Position numbers and translations under genes: made by a program. This document shows positions 47,267-56,337 of a stretch of 64,000 bases of DNA, in pieces. The first letter of the stretch is position 1. Every line of letters begins with the position of its first letter. The notes under the pieces were generated by a model. The model was not told the DNA's origin and did not search any database. It was given only the letters and a program-made list of their open reading frames with translations. Source of the DNA: an uncultured Eubacteriales bacterium (GTDB lineage Bacteria > Bacillota > Clostridia > Oscillospirales > Acutalibacteraceae); contig CAKSOL010000004.1 in assembly GCA_934477125.1 (NCBI GenBank), forward strand, positions 106,664 to 170,663, given 5' to 3'.

Positions 47267-47287
47267 TGTCTATCGTCTAACGTCTAA
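47267..47287 (+). repeat. short NNTCTAA array (3 units plus degenerate tail)
   Basis: TGTCTAT-CGTCTAA-CGTCTAA then TTCTGAT. Lies between the comM start and the stop of the Cys-rich ORF. Confidence 0.7.
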
Positions 47288-47481
47288 TTCTGATGTCTTA
47301 CAAGCTCGTATTCGCCGTTATCCGGGCGGAAATACGGGCAGCCGGCGGTTTTCCCGGTTAAAAACGAAAGCATTTCGTCCTCATCGAGCGACTGTTCACA
47401 GCACCAGCAGTCGCTTTCAGGGTCGTAGCTGTAATTAACGCAGCTTTCGCAGCAGCCGCCTGAGTAACCGTTTCCGAGCAT
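47284..47481 (-). CDS. small cysteine-rich protein (hypothetical)
   Basis: 65 aa with GGCCESC, CWCCEQ and GCPYF motifs and a strong AAGGAG RBS. A copy of the conserved 55-nt hairpin element lies in its leader. Confidence 0.5.
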   Translation of the reverse strand: MLGNGYSGGCCESCVNYSYDPESDCWCCEQSLDEDEMLSFLTGKTAGCPYFRPDNGEYELVRHQN

Positions 47482-47514
47482 ATTTTTCTCCTTTTTTGAT
47501 AAATTTTTGAACGG

Positions 47515-47570
47515 GAATTCCGCCGCACCTGTCAGCGGAAAAACAAAATGCGGCGAAAACGCCGCAGAAA
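47515..47570 (-). other. conserved ~55-nt two-hairpin element, copy 1 (minus orientation, in leader of Cys-rich small protein gene)
   Basis: Minus-strand sequence CTGCGGCGTTTTCGCCGCATTTTGTTTTTCCGCTGACAGGTGCGGCGGAATTCC. It is about 90% identical to the two copies flanking dnaA. Confidence 0.7.
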
Positions 47571-47597
47571 GTAATCTGTTTTATAGAGTGGGGGATT

Positions 47598-48119
47598 TTA
47601 AAAATATTTCATTATTTTCGGTCTTATTCTGACCGAATACACAACCGAAATTCTCGCTACCGCTATATCGTAAACAACAAAAACAACGTTCGCCGCCGCC
47701 CACAGGGCGATTACTCCGATTTTCCCGTATTGCCCGAATTCATCGGTCGGGATACCCAAAAGCGGCGCAAAAACAAGGTAAACAACGGCTATCGCGCCGT
47801 TCGCCGCCGCCAGTCTTACTATCCAGCGCAGAAAAAACGGTATATGCTCGGTCGCCGCCTTGAGTATCGGGTAATACCCGAATATCAGCGCATAAAGCAG
47901 CTTTGCCTCCGGCTCGGCAAGCAGCAAAACGGGAACGAGGGAAACAAGGTATGTGCCTAATGCCCACTTGCAGCCGATTTCAAAAACCGGAACCATTATA
48001 AAAAGTCCGGCAACGGCAGGAACGGCGTATGTTAAATAAGGAAAATAGGAGACAAGCATAAGCGCCGCCGCCAGCGCCGCGGAAATTCCGCAGAGCGTTA
48101 TCCTTTTAGTCCGGTTCAT
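47598..48119 (-). CDS. membrane protein, ECF-S-component-like (hypothetical)
   Basis: 173 aa with 5-6 TM segments and no specific motif recognised. Confidence 0.45.
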   Translation of the reverse strand: MNRTKRITLCGISAALAAALMLVSYFPYLTYAVPAVAGLFIMVPVFEIGCKWALGTYLVSLVPVLLLAEPEAKLLYALIFGYYPILKAATEHIPFFLRWIVRLAAANGAIAVVYLVFAPLLGIPTDEFGQYGKIGVIALWAAANVVFVVYDIAVARISVVYSVRIRPKIMKYF

Positions 48120-48133
48120 AAATACTCACCCGC

Positions 48134-48742
48134 TCAGCAGCAGGGTATGAGGTCGCCGCCCATACACTCGCAGCAGCAATCGGCGCAGATTAGTCCCTGG
48201 CAGACGTCGCAGGCAGAGCAGCCGCCGTTATAATTCCCGGTGTTATAGGGGTTATAGCGCCGCCCGGTCTGTCTCTGCGCGTTGTTCATAGCCTGACGGT
48301 ATTCCGCGTTCGAGGGGTCCATCCGGCAGGCGTTTGCAAAGCTGGTAAACGCGTTATCGAACCAGCCGCGGCGATACTGAACGGTTCCGTTAAGAAAATA
48401 CCATTCCGCGCTGCGCGCCGCGGGGGGCACGCCGTCGAGCAGCTCCTGCGCCTCCTCAAGCTTGCCCCGGCTTATAAGCTGGCGAACCTCCGGAAACGCC
48501 GACGCGCCCTGATAGCCGCCCTGCGCGCCGCCGGCGCTGTCCTGAGCCTGACCGCGCCGCTCTGCCATTATCGTATCATAGGCTTCGTTGATTTCCTTCA
48601 TTTTTTCGCCGGCAAGATCCGAAAGGGGGTTATCGGCGTAATTATCGGGGTGATACTTCCTCGCCTGCTCGCGGTAAGCCGTTTTGATTTGTTCTTCGGT
48701 TGCGTCCCGGCTGACGCCGAGCACCGCATACGGGTCGTTCAT
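48134..48742 (-). CDS. J-domain (DnaJ-like) protein with Cys-rich C-terminal tail
   Basis: J domain with HPD (DPYAVLGV...KYHPDN), a TPR-like middle region and a C-terminus CSACDVCQGLICADCCCECMGGDLIPCC. Confidence 0.75.
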   Translation of the reverse strand: MNDPYAVLGVSRDATEEQIKTAYREQARKYHPDNYADNPLSDLAGEKMKEINEAYDTIMAERRGQAQDSAGGAQGGYQGASAFPEVRQLISRGKLEEAQELLDGVPPAARSAEWYFLNGTVQYRRGWFDNAFTSFANACRMDPSNAEYRQAMNNAQRQTGRRYNPYNTGNYNGGCSACDVCQGLICADCCCECMGGDLIPCC

Positions 48743-49572
48743 TTATTAAGCTCCTTTTTAAAAGTTTCTTCAAGTCCGAGGTAAATAATATTTCCGAGGA
48801 TAGGCTCATATTTATAAAGCTTCAGCAGCTCAAACGCCTTGCCCGCCTCATTTATGCAGAAATAAAGCTGCGGCTCTATCCTTTCCCTTATTTTTTCCTT
48901 TGTTTCAAGTCCGCGCAGAACGTTATACGAGCCGTTTTTCACGTCCTTTTCCATATCGCAGGCGGCGTCCAGCAGGTAAATATATCTTCCGAGGCAGTAG
49001 CCCAGTCTGTCAAGCACCCGTTTCTGCCCCTCGTCCTCGCTGCAAAGCGCGAAGATTTCGGAGAGCGCCCTCGCGGTAGGGTCGGCGGCGCGGTCGATAT
49101 CCCGGCAGTCCGCCCGTTCAACGGCGTTCTGCGCGGAAATATACTCCGCGACGATTTTTTCAAGCTGAGGGAAACGCCGGGCGGCTTTTTTATGCGCCGC
49201 GCTGAAAACAGGTTTCAGCAGGCGGCAGCCGAATCTTTTAACGCCCTTTTCATCGGCTATATCGTCGGTCAGCTTATAATAAAGCATTATCATCGCCGCA
49301 GACGCCGGCATTTCGAGAGCGCCGCTGTTTTTACAGTAATTGCATTTTTTAAAAGGGTTAAAGGCGCAGCGTTTTCTTTCAAAGCCGTCGCAGCCGGGCA
49401 TAAGCGCCAGCCGCAGGAGGGCTAAAAAGGTGAAATCATAGCTGAGGGTAAACCGGGAGAGAACGCCGTAGCTTTTACCGAGGCATCGGCAAAGGCTGCA
49501 ATAAACCGCCTTATAAAGCTCCAGCTCCCTGACCTTCAGCTCCGGCTGAGCCGCGCGGATATATCCGAACAC
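48739..49572 (-). CDS. DUF5685-like protein, conserved partner of the J-domain protein
   Basis: 277 aa with several Cys pairs (CSLCRC, CNYCKN). Overlaps the J-domain gene by 4 nt, so the two are translationally coupled. The family assignment is from memory of this recurrent Clostridia gene pair. Confidence 0.5.
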   Translation of the reverse strand: MFGYIRAAQPELKVRELELYKAVYCSLCRCLGKSYGVLSRFTLSYDFTFLALLRLALMPGCDGFERKRCAFNPFKKCNYCKNSGALEMPASAAMIMLYYKLTDDIADEKGVKRFGCRLLKPVFSAAHKKAARRFPQLEKIVAEYISAQNAVERADCRDIDRAADPTARALSEIFALCSEDEGQKRVLDRLGYCLGRYIYLLDAACDMEKDVKNGSYNVLRGLETKEKIRERIEPQLYFCINEAGKAFELLKLYKYEPILGNIIYLGLEETFKKELNK

Positions 49573-49641
49573 CCATCTTCACCCCTTTATATTTCCTATT
49601 TTATACGCGCCGGGGCTTCAAATGGTGAATAATGTGTAAAT

Positions 49642-49676
49642 TTAGACGTTAGATGTTAGATTTTAGACGGTAGATG
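49642..49676 (-). repeat. heptamer array in inverted orientation (TTAGAYG units, 5 units)
   Basis: TTAGACG-TTAGATG-TTAGATT-TTAGACG-GTAGATG. The only array in reverse orientation. Paired with the forward array ~100 bp away. Confidence 0.8.
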
Positions 49677-49776
49677 CGGGGGGCGGAGGGATTGTGCGCT
49701 GACGGGAATATTGATAAATACGTTGGTTTTTGCATTTTTTCTCAGCTTGCGGCGGCGATGATTTTGCCGGTTTGCA

Positions 49777-49825
49777 GGTCTAAAATCTAAAATCTAACGT
49801 CTATTGTCTAATGTCTAACGTCTAA
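49777..49825 (+). repeat. NNTCTAA heptamer tandem array (7 units)
   Basis: GGTCTAA-AATCTAA-AATCTAA-CGTCTAT-TGTCTAA-TGTCTAA-CGTCTAA. Contains the stop of the 49808-50242 ORF. Confidence 0.85.
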
Positions 49826-50242
49826 TCTTCCCTTTTCGAGTCTTTTTGAAATCATTCCGGCGAACGGAACGCCGACAAAGCTCAGCAGCAGCCAGAAAAA
49901 CGAATAGAGCGCGCATATCTGCCCCGAAACGTTAAAGGGCATACGGCTGTAATCCCAAACGTTCTTTTTAAGAATAATATTGAAAACAACGCCGAAAATA
50001 TATTCGATACCGGTTATAAACGCGCTGCCTGCCGCCGCCTTTAAAAATCTTCCGCAGCGTTTCATCTGCCGGGAAATCGAGCTAAGCCCCAAAAACGAAA
50101 ATCCGCCGGCGCAGAGCATTGACCAATGGGTATAGCCGCGCCAGATGACCTCAATCATACCGTAGCCGCAGGCGCCGATTGAAAAAATTAAAAAATTACA
50201 CTTTCTTTTGCTCATAATTATCACCGAATATATTATTAGCAA
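49808..50242 (-). CDS. small polytopic membrane protein (PF06541/DUF1113-like)
   Basis: 4-TM protein with a GIEYIFG...NVWDYS pattern. Its stop lies within a heptamer array. Confidence 0.45.
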   Translation of the reverse strand: MLIIYSVIIMSKRKCNFLIFSIGACGYGMIEVIWRGYTHWSMLCAGGFSFLGLSSISRQMKRCGRFLKAAAGSAFITGIEYIFGVVFNIILKKNVWDYSRMPFNVSGQICALYSFFWLLLSFVGVPFAGMISKRLEKGRLDVRH

Positions 50243-50299
50243 AACCGCCGTTTTAAAACAGGAAAAAATTTAATTTAAGCCGGGCGGGCAAAGTGCGGC

Positions 50300-50348
50300 A
50301 AAAAACATCAGGCTCCCCTGATAACGGGAAGCCTGACATTTATTTTTT
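50300..50348. terminator. bidirectional terminator between aroG (end of aro supraoperon) and upstream membrane protein gene
   Basis: CAGGCTCCCCTGATAACGGGAAGCCTG hairpin (one mismatch) flanked by an A-run on one side and a T-run on the other. Confidence 0.6.
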
Positions 50349-50428
50349 AAAATTTTTCGGCGAAAAAGACGTTCTGCGAAAAAATTTCTGCGTTGACAGT
50401 TACGCGCCGACGCGTCCTATGTCAGAAT

Positions 50429-51457
50429 TTAAAGCGTATCCGCTATATCGAGTATCAGGCGCTCGGTTTTTTCCCAGCCGAGGCAGGGGTCGGTTATCGA
50501 CTGACCGAAAACGTGGTCCCCGATTTTCTGCGCCCCGTCAACAAGGTAGCTTTCTATCATAAGCCCCTTGACGAGCGAGCGGATTTCCGGATTATGGCGG
50601 CGGCTGTGAACAACGTCCTTGGCAATGCGTATCTGCTCCAAAAACTGCTTGCCGGAGTTCGCGTGGTTGCAGTCTACTATCGCAGCCGGGTTTTTAAGCC
50701 CCGATTCGCAGTAGAGAGAGTTCAGCTCCAGCAAATCCTCATAATGATAATTTGAAACGCAGCGTCCCGAAAAATCAACATAGCCGCGCAGTATCGCGTG
50801 GGCGTACTCATTTCCCCGGCTGCGCACCTCCCAGCCGCGGTAAATAAAGGTGTGGCTGTGCTGAGCGGCGGTTATCGAGTTCATCATAATCGAAAGGTCG
50901 CCGCCGGTCGGGTTTTTCATTCCGACAGGGATGCCGAGTCCGCTTGCGGTCAGGCGGTGCTGCTGATTTTCAACCGACCTCGCCCCTACCGCGACATAGG
51001 CGAGCAGGTCGGAAAGGTAGCGGTGGTTTTCGGGATAGAGCATTTCGTCCGCGCAGGTAAAGCCGAAGTCCCTCAGAGCGCTCATATGCAAATCCCTGAT
51101 AGCTAAAATTCCCTCAAGCATATTCGGCTTTTCGTCCGGATGAGGCTGATGCAGCATACCCTTATAGCCGGCGCCCGTCGTTCGCGGCTTGTTGGTATAT
51201 ATCCTCGGAATAATCAGGATTTTATCCCGAACCTTATCGGCAGCCGGACGCAGGCGGGAGATATATTCGAGAACCGGCTCGCGGCTTTCGGCGGAGCAGG
51301 GACCGATTATCAGCAGGAATTTATCGGATTCGCCCTTAAAAACTGCGGCAATCTCCTCATCGCGCCCGCGTTTTATTTTTTCCATTTCCTCCGACAGCGG
51401 ATAGCGGTTTTTTATCTGCTGAGGAATCGGCAGCTTCCTTTTAAATTCAAGATCCAT
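50429..51457 (-). CDS. aroG: 3-deoxy-7-phosphoheptulonate (DAHP) synthase, class I
   Basis: AroG/AroF-family motifs (IIGPCSAES, KPRTT, DCNHANS). Confidence 0.9.
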   Translation of the reverse strand: MDLEFKRKLPIPQQIKNRYPLSEEMEKIKRGRDEEIAAVFKGESDKFLLIIGPCSAESREPVLEYISRLRPAADKVRDKILIIPRIYTNKPRTTGAGYKGMLHQPHPDEKPNMLEGILAIRDLHMSALRDFGFTCADEMLYPENHRYLSDLLAYVAVGARSVENQQHRLTASGLGIPVGMKNPTGGDLSIMMNSITAAQHSHTFIYRGWEVRSRGNEYAHAILRGYVDFSGRCVSNYHYEDLLELNSLYCESGLKNPAAIVDCNHANSGKQFLEQIRIAKDVVHSRRHNPEIRSLVKGLMIESYLVDGAQKIGDHVFGQSITDPCLGWEKTERLILDIADTL

Positions 51458-51458
51458 T

Positions 51459-52361
51459 TCATTCTACCTCTTTTTCGCTTTCGGTCTGCGGCTTTGCCGC
51501 CGGTTTATCAAATCTCGCGCGGCGTTCGGTTGAGCAGCGCATCATTTTGCGCATACCCTCGCGGTCGTCATTGAGTATACAGGTGTATAGACAGTTGAAC
51601 GCCGATTTGAAGGCGTCCATTTCTTTCAGCAGCGCCTTGCGGTTGAGCAGGAACAGCTCGCTCCACATATCGTCGTTTATACGGGCAATCCGGGTAAGGT
51701 CGCGGAAGGAATCGCCGGTATAATGCTCAAGACCGGGGGTATCGTTTGCGCACATAAGCGACACGGCGATACAATGGGTAAGCTGAGAGAGAAAGGCTAT
51801 CATTTCGTCGTGAGCCGCAGGGGTAAGCCGGGAAACATCGGCAAAGCCAAGCTCGCGCCCCAGCTCCTCGCAAAGCTCAATCGCGCCCTGAGAATTTTTT
51901 TCGGTCGGGACAACGATATAATTAGCGCCCTCAAAAATGCGTTTATCGGCATTGCGGACGCCGTATACCTCGCGCCCTGCCATCGGGTGGGCGGCGATAA
52001 ATTCAACATCGGGACGCAGCAGGGACTGGATTTTACCGACGATACATTCCTTAACGCCGGTTACATCGGTTATAACCGCGCCGGGCTTTAAATATTTCTG
52101 ATTTTCCTCAATCCAGCTTACAAAAATATGGGGATAAAGCGCCGTTACAATCAAATCGGCGTTTCCGATAAGCCGCGGGTCGGGAAAATCCGCGCCCTCG
52201 GCTATCCAGCCGCGCTCCAGAGCATAATCAACCGAATCCCGGCTGCGGGTTATCGCGGCAATTCTGTATCCCTTATCGGACAGCGCCTCGGCATAGCTGC
52301 CTCCGAGCAGACCGAGACCGACTATTAAAATGTTCATCTGTTTATTCAGGTGTATATTCAC
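51459..52361 (-). CDS. tyrA: prephenate dehydrogenase
   Basis: Rossmann motif VGLGLLGGS plus a TyrA core. An internal Met at ~52337 is an alternative start. Confidence 0.85.
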   Translation of the reverse strand: MNIHLNKQMNILIVGLGLLGGSYAEALSDKGYRIAAITRSRDSVDYALERGWIAEGADFPDPRLIGNADLIVTALYPHIFVSWIEENQKYLKPGAVITDVTGVKECIVGKIQSLLRPDVEFIAAHPMAGREVYGVRNADKRIFEGANYIVVPTEKNSQGAIELCEELGRELGFADVSRLTPAAHDEMIAFLSQLTHCIAVSLMCANDTPGLEHYTGDSFRDLTRIARINDDMWSELFLLNRKALLKEMDAFKSAFNCLYTCILNDDREGMRKMMRCSTERRARFDKPAAKPQTESEKEVE

Positions 52362-52362
52362 A

Positions 52363-53574
52363 TCAATCAGCCTCCTCTATGGGTATTCCGAGTTTTCTCA
52401 TATCCTCAAAAAAGCGCGGATAGCTTTTCGAGACTGCCTGCGCGCCGGTTATAACGCCGCCGGTAAGCGAGCAGAGAACCGCAAGAGACATTACTATGCG
52501 ATGGTCGTTATGACCGCTCAGCGGCGCGGACGGGCGGCGCAGCATTCCTCCGGCGACGGTTACGCTGTTTTCCCCGATTTCAACCGGCACGCCGAGCTTT
52601 GCAAGCTCCTCGCGCATAGCCTCGGCGCGGTCGCTTTCCTTTATTTTAAGGCGCGCCGTTCCGACGAATTTTCCGCCGTTTTTCGCGGCGGCAACGGCAA
52701 ACATTATCGGCGCTAAGTCCGGGCAGTCGGAAAGGTCGATAACAGGGGGTTCGGGGCGGCAGAGCGCGCGGAAAAGCCCGCGGTAGACCCGGTCGCCCTG
52801 GAGAGTGTTTTCGTCGAGTCCCTCAACCGCAACCGAGCCGCCGAAAAGATTAAGGCATTCGGCAAACGCGGCGTTCGAGCAGTCGCCCTCAACACGCATT
52901 TCGCGGCTTCTAAAGGTCTGACCGCCGGGGATGCGGAAGGTGCGCCCGTCGAGCCGGGAGGCTCTTACGCCGAATTCCGCAAGGCTTTTTAAAGTAAGCC
53001 CGATATAGGATGCGCTTTCCATATTTCCGGAAACCGAAATAACGCTTTCTGCCGGCAGCCGGGGGAGCGCGAAAAGCATACCGCTTATAAACTGGCTCGA
53101 AACGCTGCCGTTTATCTCGAATTTTCCGGCTTTCAGCGGTCCGCAGACCGTAACGCAGCCGTTTTCCCGGCTGAAAGGCAGTCCCTGCTCCTTGCAGATT
53201 TCCTCATAAATACCGAGCGGCCGCTGCATCAGTCTGCCGCGGCCCGAAAGGGAGACAGGCGCGCCGCTCAAAAGGCTCAGCGGCAGCAGAAAGCGCAGGG
53301 TGCTGCCGCTCTCGCCGCAGTCGAGCAAAGGGCGGCGGGGCGGCGCAAAGGGGTTAAGACCGCCGATAACAACGCGGTTTTCCGATATATCGACCTCGGC
53401 GCCGAGACGGGAAAGGCAGGAAAGGGTAGCCTTTATATCCTCCGAAAAATCGACCCCCGAAATCTCGCTGCGCTCCGAGAGGGCCGCGCAGATGAGCAGT
53501 CTGTGCGCCATACTTTTTGAGGGCGGCGCGGTTATTTTTCCTGCCGCCTTATGGGGAGCTATTCTGACAGTCAT
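52363..53574 (-). CDS. aroA: 3-phosphoshikimate 1-carboxyvinyltransferase (EPSP synthase)
   Basis: PPSKSMAHR and LDCGESGSTLRFL motifs. Confidence 0.95.
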   Translation of the reverse strand: MTVRIAPHKAAGKITAPPSKSMAHRLLICAALSERSEISGVDFSEDIKATLSCLSRLGAEVDISENRVVIGGLNPFAPPRRPLLDCGESGSTLRFLLPLSLLSGAPVSLSGRGRLMQRPLGIYEEICKEQGLPFSRENGCVTVCGPLKAGKFEINGSVSSQFISGMLFALPRLPAESVISVSGNMESASYIGLTLKSLAEFGVRASRLDGRTFRIPGGQTFRSREMRVEGDCSNAAFAECLNLFGGSVAVEGLDENTLQGDRVYRGLFRALCRPEPPVIDLSDCPDLAPIMFAVAAAKNGGKFVGTARLKIKESDRAEAMREELAKLGVPVEIGENSVTVAGGMLRRPSAPLSGHNDHRIVMSLAVLCSLTGGVITGAQAVSKSYPRFFEDMRKLGIPIEEAD

Positions 53575-54011
53575 TTTTTATCACCGTTTTTTCCGAGAAG
53601 AATATCGACCGCGTCGCAGTAGCCGTCGAATCCGCGCCCGATAATTGTCGCAACACAGGCGGCGCGGATATAGCTTATCTGACGGAAGGTTTCCCTTTTT
53701 GAAAGCTCGCTTATATGCACCTCGACCGTCGGTATTCCGACCGCCCTTACCGCGTCCGGCAGAGCCACGCTCGTATGGGTATAGGCGCCGGGGTTTATTA
53801 TTATTCCGTCGATATTTCCGTAGGCTTTCTGAATTTCGTCTACCAAATCGCCCTCATGGTTCGACTGGTAAAAGCGCACCTCTGCTCCGCGCGCGGCGCA
53901 GAAGTCCTCAATTTTCCGGCAGAGGTCGGCATAGGTCGCGCTGCCGTAGATTTCAGGCTCGCGGACGCCGAGCATATTGAGATTAGGTCCGTTTATAACC
54001 AGTATTTTCAT
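53571..54011 (-). CDS. aroQ: type II 3-dehydroquinate dehydratase
   Basis: MKILVINGPNLNMLG, HISE and the AroQ core. Confidence 0.9.
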   Translation of the reverse strand: MKILVINGPNLNMLGVREPEIYGSATYADLCRKIEDFCAARGAEVRFYQSNHEGDLVDEIQKAYGNIDGIIINPGAYTHTSVALPDAVRAVGIPTVEVHISELSKRETFRQISYIRAACVATIIGRGFDGYCDAVDILLGKNGDKK

Positions 54012-55258
54012 TTTCCCGCCGCCTTTTTAATCTGATTTAAATTTTCTTCCAAATCGCCCTCGCAGACCGCTCTTTCGCCTGCCGCAAGATAAAGCGGACG
54101 GCGCGCGGCGTAAATCTTTCCGAGCTTTTCGCGGCTGTCGGAAAGAGGGCGGTCGCCGGTTACGGCAAGGCTCTCAAGAGGGCGGTCGACGAATATTATT
54201 TTTCCGTTTTCTCTGAGCGCGCGCATATTTTCCTCTCTTAAAACCGCGCCGCCGCCGGTTGAGATAACCGCGCTCTGGCAGGCGGCAAGCCGGGCGATAA
54301 CCGCGCTTTCGGCATCGCGGAAGCGGCTTTCTCCCTCGCCTGAGATTATCTGAGCCGGAGTTTTTCCGGTATCGCGCAGGATTTCCTCATCGGTATCCAG
54401 AAATTCAAAGCCCAAATCATCGGCAAGCCGTTTTCCGAGGGTCGATTTTCCGCAGCCCGGCATACCTACAAGCACGACGTTTTCCTTTTTATCAGCCATT
54501 TTCCGCCAGACGCGGCAGCAGGTGTCCTCAGGGAGGGTCTGCCCGGTAAAAAGCTCGGCGGCGGCAACCGCCTGGGCAACGAGCATATAAAGTCCGCCCG
54601 ACGCCGGAATACCGCGTTCAAGAGCCGAGACGACCAGCGCGGAGCGCAGGGGATTATAAACCGCATCCGCAACGCCGGAAAGTCCGCCGAAACGGGAAAT
54701 ATCCAGCGCGGCGCTCCCTCTGTTCGGGAACATTCCGCAGGGGGTAGTGTTGATTATGACCCCGGCATCGCTGTGGATCCGGTAAGCCTCGTCGTAGGCT
54801 ATGCAGTCCGCTTCTCCTGACCGGGAAAGGCGGTAAATTTCGCGCGCTCCGAGAGCCGAGGCCACAGCCGCCGCGGTTCTTGATGTTCCTCCGCCGCCTG
54901 CGATAAGCACCTTTTTGCCCGAAAGCTCAATTCCGTTATGCTTTAAAAGCGAGGTCATACCGAAAAAGTCGGTATTATAGCCGTAAAGTCTGCCGGAGCG
55001 GTTTACAATCGTATTGACCGCGCCTATTTTCTCTGCGGCGGCATCTATTTCGTCCAAAAACGGAATAACCGCCTGTTTATAGGGTATTGTAACGTTTATC
55101 GCCCGAAAATCCCGCTTTTTGAAAAATCCGGTCAGCTCGCTTTCCGAAAGCTCGCAAAGCTCATAATCATAATCGAAAAGATAGGAATGAATTTCCTTTG
55201 AAAAGCTATGAACAAGTCTTTTTCCGATACAGCCGTATTCCATTATTCCGCCAGCCAA
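54008..55258 (-). CDS. aroE: bifunctional shikimate dehydrogenase / shikimate kinase fusion
   Basis: The N-terminal ~270 aa are AroE-like (NVTIPYKQ, GAVNTI, GGGGTSR). The C-terminal ~150 aa are AroK (VGMPGCGKSTLGKRLADDLGFEFLDTD). Confidence 0.85.
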   Translation of the reverse strand: MAGGIMEYGCIGKRLVHSFSKEIHSYLFDYDYELCELSESELTGFFKKRDFRAINVTIPYKQAVIPFLDEIDAAAEKIGAVNTIVNRSGRLYGYNTDFFGMTSLLKHNGIELSGKKVLIAGGGGTSRTAAAVASALGAREIYRLSRSGEADCIAYDEAYRIHSDAGVIINTTPCGMFPNRGSAALDISRFGGLSGVADAVYNPLRSALVVSALERGIPASGGLYMLVAQAVAAAELFTGQTLPEDTCCRVWRKMADKKENVVLVGMPGCGKSTLGKRLADDLGFEFLDTDEEILRDTGKTPAQIISGEGESRFRDAESAVIARLAACQSAVISTGGGAVLREENMRALRENGKIIFVDRPLESLAVTGDRPLSDSREKLGKIYAARRPLYLAAGERAVCEGDLEENLNQIKKAAGK

Positions 55259-56337
55259 TCCGTTCCGTATTTTATTGCGAGCATATCGCAGAGAACCAGC
55301 GCGGTAAGGCTGTCGGCAACAACCCGCGCGCGGTGGGCGATAAAGGGGTCGTGTCTCCCGGCGGCGGCAAGCTCGGCGTTTTCGCGCGTTTTAACGTTAA
55401 CCGTCTGCTGAGGCAGGGAGATTGTAGGCGTAGGCTTTACCGTACAGCGGAAAACAAGCGGCATTCCGTTGGTTATTCCGCCGTTTATTCCGCCGTTATG
55501 GTTGGAGCGCGTTCTTACCTCGCCGTTTTCATCATAATAAAAGCTGTCGTTAGCCTCCGAGCCGCACATTCCGGCAAAGCCGGTTCCCTCGCCGAATTCA
55601 ACCGCCTTTACCGCCGGAATTGAAAACAGCGCGTGGGACAGGAGGCTCTCGGCGGAATCGAACCAGGGCTCTCCCAAGCCTGCCGGCAGACCGCAGACGG
55701 CGGTTTCCAATATTCCGCCGACGCTGTTGCCCTCAGCCTTTGCCGCAAGTATTTTTTCCCTCATTTTTTTCTCCGCTTCTCCGCTTAAAACCGGGAAAGC
55801 GAGAGACGAAAGGGCGTTTATATCCGCGCTAAGGTCGCCGAACGGGCGGTCGGCAATTCCGGCACAGGCGGCGATATGGGTTCCGATAAAAATGCCCTTT
55901 CTGCGCATAGCCGGGATAACCAGAGCCGCCGCGGCTACTAAAGGCGCGGTTATTCTTCCGCTGAAATGTCCGCCGCCGCGGGGGTCGGAAAAGCCGCGGT
56001 ATTTAACAAAGGCGGTGTAATCCGCGTGACCCGGACGCATTTTATCGGCGATTTCGGAATAATCCGCCGAGCGGACGTCCTTATTTTCTATTCTGATACA
56101 GACCGGCGCGCCGGTTGTAAAGCCGTTATAAACGCCGCTGTCGAGCGTAAAGGCGTCCTGCTCGCGGCGCGAGGTTGATTCCGCTCCCGACGGGCGGCGC
56201 AATGTCAGCTGAGAGGCGATAAACTCCCCGTCCACCGGCAGTCCCGGAGCAAGACCGTCAACAACGGCGCCTATCGCCCTGCCGTGGCTCTCGCCGAAAA
56301 GGGTTACGGTCAGCGCCGTTCCGAGGGTGTTTCTCAT
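55243..56337 (-). CDS. aroC: chorismate synthase
   Basis: LTVTLFGESHG and RPGHADY motifs. Confidence 0.95.
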   Translation of the reverse strand: MRNTLGTALTVTLFGESHGRAIGAVVDGLAPGLPVDGEFIASQLTLRRPSGAESTSRREQDAFTLDSGVYNGFTTGAPVCIRIENKDVRSADYSEIADKMRPGHADYTAFVKYRGFSDPRGGGHFSGRITAPLVAAAALVIPAMRRKGIFIGTHIAACAGIADRPFGDLSADINALSSLAFPVLSGEAEKKMREKILAAKAEGNSVGGILETAVCGLPAGLGEPWFDSAESLLSHALFSIPAVKAVEFGEGTGFAGMCGSEANDSFYYDENGEVRTRSNHNGGINGGITNGMPLVFRCTVKPTPTISLPQQTVNVKTRENAELAAAGRHDPFIAHRARVVADSLTALVLCDMLAIKYGTDWLAE

